This document shows positions 59,724 to 64,000 of a stretch of 64,000 bases of DNA, piece after piece; position 1 is the first letter of the stretch, and each line of letters begins with the position of its first letter. Position numbers and translations under genes: made by a program. The stretch is from positions 10,735 to 74,734 of the forward strand of contig JAFYPV010000128.1 of NCBI GenBank assembly GCA_017559935.1. The letters run 5' to 3'. The notes below the pieces were generated by a model. That model ran no database searches. It was not told the origin of the DNA and worked only from the letters and a program-made list of their open reading frames with translations. Origin of the DNA: Bacteroides sp. (GTDB lineage: Bacteria > Bacteroidota > Bacteroidia > Bacteroidales > Bacteroidaceae).

Positions 59724-60854
59724 ATGAGCGTAACGATTAAGAAAGTAAGTTCATCGAGTGAACTGAAGAAATTTATCCGGTTCAACTATGAACTTTATAA
59801 GGAAAATCCGTTTTCTGTACCTGATTTATACGATGATATGCTGAATACGTTCAGTCGTGACAGAAATGCGGCTTTTGAATTCTGTGAAGCAGACTATTTC
59901 TTGGCTTATAAAGATGGAAAACTAGTAGGACGTGTAGCTGCTATTTTGAATAAACGTGCTAACGAAACTTGGAAGAAGAAGGAAGTCCGTTTTGGTTGGG
60001 TAGATTTCGTCAATGATATGGAAGTCTCCGAGGCTTTGTTCAAAGCTGTAGAAGATTGGGGGAAGGAACGCGGTATGACTGAAATGGTTGGTCCACTAGG
60101 GTTTACCGATTTTGATGCAGAAGGGATGTTGGTAGAAGGTTTTGAACAGTTGGGTACTATGGCCACTATCTATAATTTTCCATATTATCCGCAGCACATG
60201 GAAAAGCTTGGTTTTGAAAAGGAAGCCGATTGGGTGGAATTTAAGATTTATATTCCCGATGCGATTCCAGATAAGCACAAGCGCATTTCTGAAATCATCA
60301 TGCGTAAATATGGTTTGAAGATTGTGAAGTGTACTTCAACTAAAGATATAAACAAATACGGTCAGGCGATTTTTGACCTGATGAACGAAGCATATAGTCC
60401 ATTGTTTGGTTATTCGGCTTTGTCGCCTAAGCAGATCCAGCAATACATCAAGATGTTTTTGCCGATTCTCGATCTCCGTATGGTGACACTTGTAACCGAT
60501 GCTGAAGACAAAATAGTTGCGGTGGGTATTTCGATGCCGTCGCTTAGCAAAGCTTTACAGAAGGGCAAGGGGCGTTTATTGCCATTTGGTTGGTATCACT
60601 TATTGAAACTTATTTATTTGAAGAAATATCCAAAGGTATTGGACTTGTTGTTAGTAGCCGTGAAGCCGGAATATCAGAATAAGGGAGTGAATGCTCTATT
60701 ATTTTATGATCTCATTCCTGTGTACCAACAGCTTGGTTTCGAATATGCAGAAAGTAATCCTGAATTAGAATTGAACGAGAAGGTACAAGCGCAATGGGAA
60801 TATTTCAAGACTGAACAGCATAAACGTCGTAGAGCATATAAAAAGAGTTTGTAA
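59724..60854 (+). CDS. GNAT-fold protein conserved upstream of Bacteroidales parE
   Basis: VGRVAA, RFGWVDF, MVGPLGF, YNFPYY and VKPEYQNKG. Confidence 0.75.
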   Translation: MSVTIKKVSSSSELKKFIRFNYELYKENPFSVPDLYDDMLNTFSRDRNAAFEFCEADYFLAYKDGKLVGRVAAILNKRANETWKKKEVRFGWVDFVNDMEVSEALFKAVEDWGKERGMTEMVGPLGFTDFDAEGMLVEGFEQLGTMATIYNFPYYPQHMEKLGFEKEADWVEFKIYIPDAIPDKHKRISEIIMRKYGLKIVKCTSTKDINKYGQAIFDLMNEAYSPLFGYSALSPKQIQQYIKMFLPILDLRMVTLVTDAEDKIVAVGISMPSLSKALQKGKGRLLPFGWYHLLKLIYLKKYPKVLDLLLVAVKPEYQNKGVNALLFYDLIPVYQQLGFEYAESNPELELNEKVQAQWEYFKTEQHKRRRAYKKSL

Positions 60855-60869
60855 AAATAACAATATACC

Positions 60870-62777
60870 ATGGAAGAAAACAACGAACTGATCAAATCAA
60901 CAGTCGAATATACCGACGACAACATCCGTCATTTGGATGATATGGAGCATATTCGTGTCCGTTCGGGGATGTATATCGGTCGTTTGGGGGATGGTCAACA
61001 GAATGATGACGGTATCTATGTACTGTTGAAGGAAGTAATGGATAACAGTATCGATGAGTTCAAGATGGGAGCCGGAAAGAAAATTGAGGTGACTATCGAG
61101 GATAGTTTGCGTGTAAGCATTCGTGATTATGGACGAGGCATTCCGCAAGGGAAACTCATTGAGGCGGTCAGTAAGTTGAATACGGGTGGTAAATACGATT
61201 CCAAGGCATTCAAGAAGAGTGTGGGTCTGAACGGGGTAGGTATCAAGGCGGTAAATGCTTTAAGTAGCCGTTTTGAAGTGGCTAGTTTCCGTGAAGGAAA
61301 GGTACGTCGGGCGACTTTCGAAAAAGGTCAGCTCATTACTGATGCAACGGAAGACACTACAGAAGAAAATGGTACCTATATCTTTTTTGAACCAGACAAT
61401 ACTCTTTTTTTAGATTACAAATTTCAAAATCAGTTTGTTGAAACCCTGCTTCGTAATTATACTTATTTGAATACAGGGTTGACGTTTATTTACAATGGCC
61501 AGCGCATTCTATCCCGTCATGGGTTGGAGGATTTGTTGAAAGATAACATGACCTCTGAAGGTTTATATGATGTCGTACATTTAAAAGGCGAGGATATCGA
61601 AATCGCTTTTACGCATACCAATCAGTATGGTGAGGAATACTATTCATTTGTTAATGGTCAGCATACTACTCAAGGCGGTACACATCAAAGTGCGTTGAAA
61701 GAACATATTGCTCGTACAATCAAGGAGTTTTACAATAAAAATCAAGAATTCTCTGATATCCGTAATGGTATTGTAGCAGCTATTGCACTTGATGTAGAAG
61801 AACCAATGTTTGAAAGTCAGACCAAGACAAAGCTTGGCTCGAACAATATGTGGCCAGCTGTTCCACAAGAGGATAAACCTGCTGGTCCGAGTATCAATAA
61901 GTTTGTTGGAGACTTTATCAAAACGGAAGTAGATAATTATTTACACAAGAATCCGCAGGTAGCTGATGTGATGCTCCAGAAGATTCAAGAGTCGGAAAAG
62001 GAACGCAAGGCGATAGCTGGTGTGACTAAATTGGCTCGTGAACGTGCCAAGAAAGCCAACCTTCACAATCGCAAACTCCGTGATTGCCGTTTCCACTTGA
62101 ATGATATAAAGGGTGATAAACAGGAAGAAACGTGTATCTTTATTACCGAAGGAGACTCGGCAAGTGGTTCTATTACTAAGAGCCGTGATGTGAATACTCA
62201 AGCAGTTTTCAGTCTCCGTGGTAAACCGCTTAATTCGTTTGGACTCACCAAGAAAGTGGTATACGAGAATGAAGAGTTCAATCTCCTTCAGGCGGCCCTC
62301 AATATCGAGGATGGCATGGAAGGACTTCGATATAACAAAGTCATTGTGGCAACCGATGCCGATGTGGACGGTATGCACATCCGTTTGCTGATGATAACCT
62401 TCTTCCTTCAGTTCTTCCCAGATCTGATCAAGAAGGGACATGTCTACATCTTGCAGACTCCGCTTTTCCGTGTACGTAATCGCAAAAAAGGAGTGTATGA
62501 GACTATATATTGTTACACTGATGAAGAGCGCATTGCAGCCATCGAAAAGTTGGGTCCAAATCCGGAAATTACTCGATTCAAAGGGTTGGGTGAAATATCT
62601 CCAGACGAGTTTAAGAACTTCATAGGAGAGGATATGCGTCTAGAAAAAGTTCGCCTGCGTAAAGATGATTTGGTGAAGGATTTGTTGGAGTTCTACATGG
62701 GTAAGAATACCATGGAAAGACAGAACTTTATCATCGAAAATTTGGTTGTAGAAGAAGATATTACGAAAGAAGAATGA
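60870..62777 (+). CDS. parE: DNA topoisomerase IV subunit B
   Basis: [29 protein letters not shown] and RFKGLGE; Bacteroidetes ParE-like length. Confidence 0.9.
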   Translation: MEENNELIKSTVEYTDDNIRHLDDMEHIRVRSGMYIGRLGDGQQNDDGIYVLLKEVMDNSIDEFKMGAGKKIEVTIEDSLRVSIRDYGRGIPQGKLIEAVSKLNTGGKYDSKAFKKSVGLNGVGIKAVNALSSRFEVASFREGKVRRATFEKGQLITDATEDTTEENGTYIFFEPDNTLFLDYKFQNQFVETLLRNYTYLNTGLTFIYNGQRILSRHGLEDLLKDNMTSEGLYDVVHLKGEDIEIAFTHTNQYGEEYYSFVNGQHTTQGGTHQSALKEHIARTIKEFYNKNQEFSDIRNGIVAAIALDVEEPMFESQTKTKLGSNNMWPAVPQEDKPAGPSINKFVGDFIKTEVDNYLHKNPQVADVMLQKIQESEKERKAIAGVTKLARERAKKANLHNRKLRDCRFHLNDIKGDKQEETCIFITEGDSASGSITKSRDVNTQAVFSLRGKPLNSFGLTKKVVYENEEFNLLQAALNIEDGMEGLRYNKVIVATDADVDGMHIRLLMITFFLQFFPDLIKKGHVYILQTPLFRVRNRKKGVYETIYCYTDEERIAAIEKLGPNPEITRFKGLGEISPDEFKNFIGEDMRLEKVRLRKDDLVKDLLEFYMGKNTMERQNFIIENLVVEEDITKEE

Positions 62778-63226
62778 GAATAGCCTTATTTCCCGGTACA
62801 TTCGATCCGTTTACACTTGGACATCATTCCATCGTGAAGCGTGCATTGGCTTTTATGGACGAAGTCATTATTGGTATCGGTATTAATGAAAATAAGCGGT
62901 GTCTGCTTCCAGTGGAGAAACGCTTGGAGAGTATCCGGAAACTTTATGCCGATGAACCCAAAATCAAAGTCTTGGCTTATAGCGGGCTGACAGTTGATTT
63001 TGCACAGGAGCAAGGAGCAGGGTTCATTGTCCGCGGTATCCGTACCGTCAAGGACTTTGAGTATGAGGAAGGGATTGCGGATATTAACCGAAAACTCACT
63101 GGAATAGAAACGATTTTTCTTTTCACGGAGCCAGAGTTGACTTCTGTCTCTTCAAGTGTCGTGAGGGAATTATTGCATTATGGCAAGGATGTTAGCGCAT
63201 TTTTGCCGGAAGGAATGGAGATTTAA
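62774..63226 (+). CDS. coaD: Phosphopantetheine adenylyltransferase
   Basis: [17 protein letters not shown]...DFEYE and SSSVVRE. Confidence 0.96.
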   Translation: MRIALFPGTFDPFTLGHHSIVKRALAFMDEVIIGIGINENKRCLLPVEKRLESIRKLYADEPKIKVLAYSGLTVDFAQEQGAGFIVRGIRTVKDFEYEEGIADINRKLTGIETIFLFTEPELTSVSSSVVRELLHYGKDVSAFLPEGMEI

Positions 63227-63234
63227 TAAGGAAT

Positions 63235-64000
63235 ATGAAAAGAATATGTATCATTGCAGGCTTCCTTGCCTGCTTTTTTTCTATCACTACGATTCAGGCA
63301 CAGGAGAATAAGAAGAATGATTCCCCTATCCGTAAGTTGAACTTGGCTCAGTTTGCCATTACCAACCTATATGTCGATGAAACCAATCCGGACAAGTTGG
63401 TGGAGAGCGCCATTATCGGCATGTTGGAAGAACTCGATCCACACTCTACCTACTCCAATGCCGAGGAAGTAAAGAAAATGAACGAGCCGTTGCAGGGTAA
63501 TTTCGATGGTATTGGCATCCAATTCAATATTGCAGAAGATACCTTGTTTGTCATTCAGCCCGTATCGGGAGGTCCTTCCGAGAAGGTAGGTATCCGTGCT
63601 GGTGACCGCATCATCATGGTAAACGATACACTGATTGCAGGAGTTAAGATGAGTACCGATGAGATCACTCGTCGCCTGAAAGGTCCGAAAGATACCAAGG
63701 TGGATGTGAAAGTGGTTCGCAGGGGAGTGGGTGAACTGCTTTCTTTTACTATAAAACGTGATAAGATTCCTGTATATAGTCTGGACGCTTTCTACATGAT
63801 AACGCCCAAGATAGGGTATATCAAAATCAACCGTTTCAGTGCTACTACTTATGATGAATTCATGGATGCTTTGGCATCGCTCAAGGGACAGGGGATGCAG
63901 GATTTGATTCTGGACCTTCAAGGAAATGGCGGGGGATATTTAAATGCTCCGATTGATATAGCCAATGAGTTTTTAAGTGCTGGAGAACTAATTGTTTACA
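63235..64000 (+). CDS. S41-family C-terminal processing peptidase; partial and absent from the ORF track because it has no stop in the window
   Basis: ATG 63235 gives MKRICII...LDPHSTY, PDZ GIGIQF, GYIKI and LILDLQGNGGG. Confidence 0.9.
   Translation, partial: MKRICIIAGFLACFFSITTIQAQENKKNDSPIRKLNLAQFAITNLYVDETNPDKLVESAIIGMLEELDPHSTYSNAEEVKKMNEPLQGNFDGIGIQFNIAEDTLFVIQPVSGGPSEKVGIRAGDRIIMVNDTLIAGVKMSTDEITRRLKGPKDTKVDVKVVRRGVGELLSFTIKRDKIPVYSLDAFYMITPKIGYIKINRFSATTYDEFMDALASLKGQGMQDLILDLQGNGGGYLNAPIDIANEFLSAGELIVY

Noticed and set aside
63367-63921. 184-aa minus-strand ORF
   Set aside because: It is antisense to the S41 peptidase starting at 63235.

Overview
This is a chromosomal window from a Bacteroidales bacterium (Bacteroides/Phocaeicola-like), judged from TAnnTTTG promoters, SusC-era glycan genes and conserved gene order. 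Most of it is housekeeping: tyrS, rnpA, metK with a SAM-II-type riboswitch, queA, truB, uppP, ftsX, miaB, mutS, ychF, polA, uvrC, mnmG with an adjacent parS site, ybeY, parE, coaD and tRNA-Gln. Orphan glycan enzymes (two GH20, GH92, a Ser-type sulfatase, anSME) and a decayed CotH gene are scattered through it. The unusual part is 14.3-19.3 kb, just downstream of tyrS. A lone VirE/VapE-type P-loop helicase gene is bracketed by two equal-length 90-bp imperfect inverted repeats built from helically phased TTCAC/GTGAA motifs (62/90 identical, ungapped, by hand count). A third copy of the motif module forms a ~97-bp palindrome. Next to this, an M16 peptidase gene is flanked by a 56/57-bp direct repeat. 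No integrase or transposase is present in the window. A candidate sRNA at 6.84-6.91 kb is complementary to typical start-codon regions. All calls come from reading the sequence and motifs by eye; no database searches were run.
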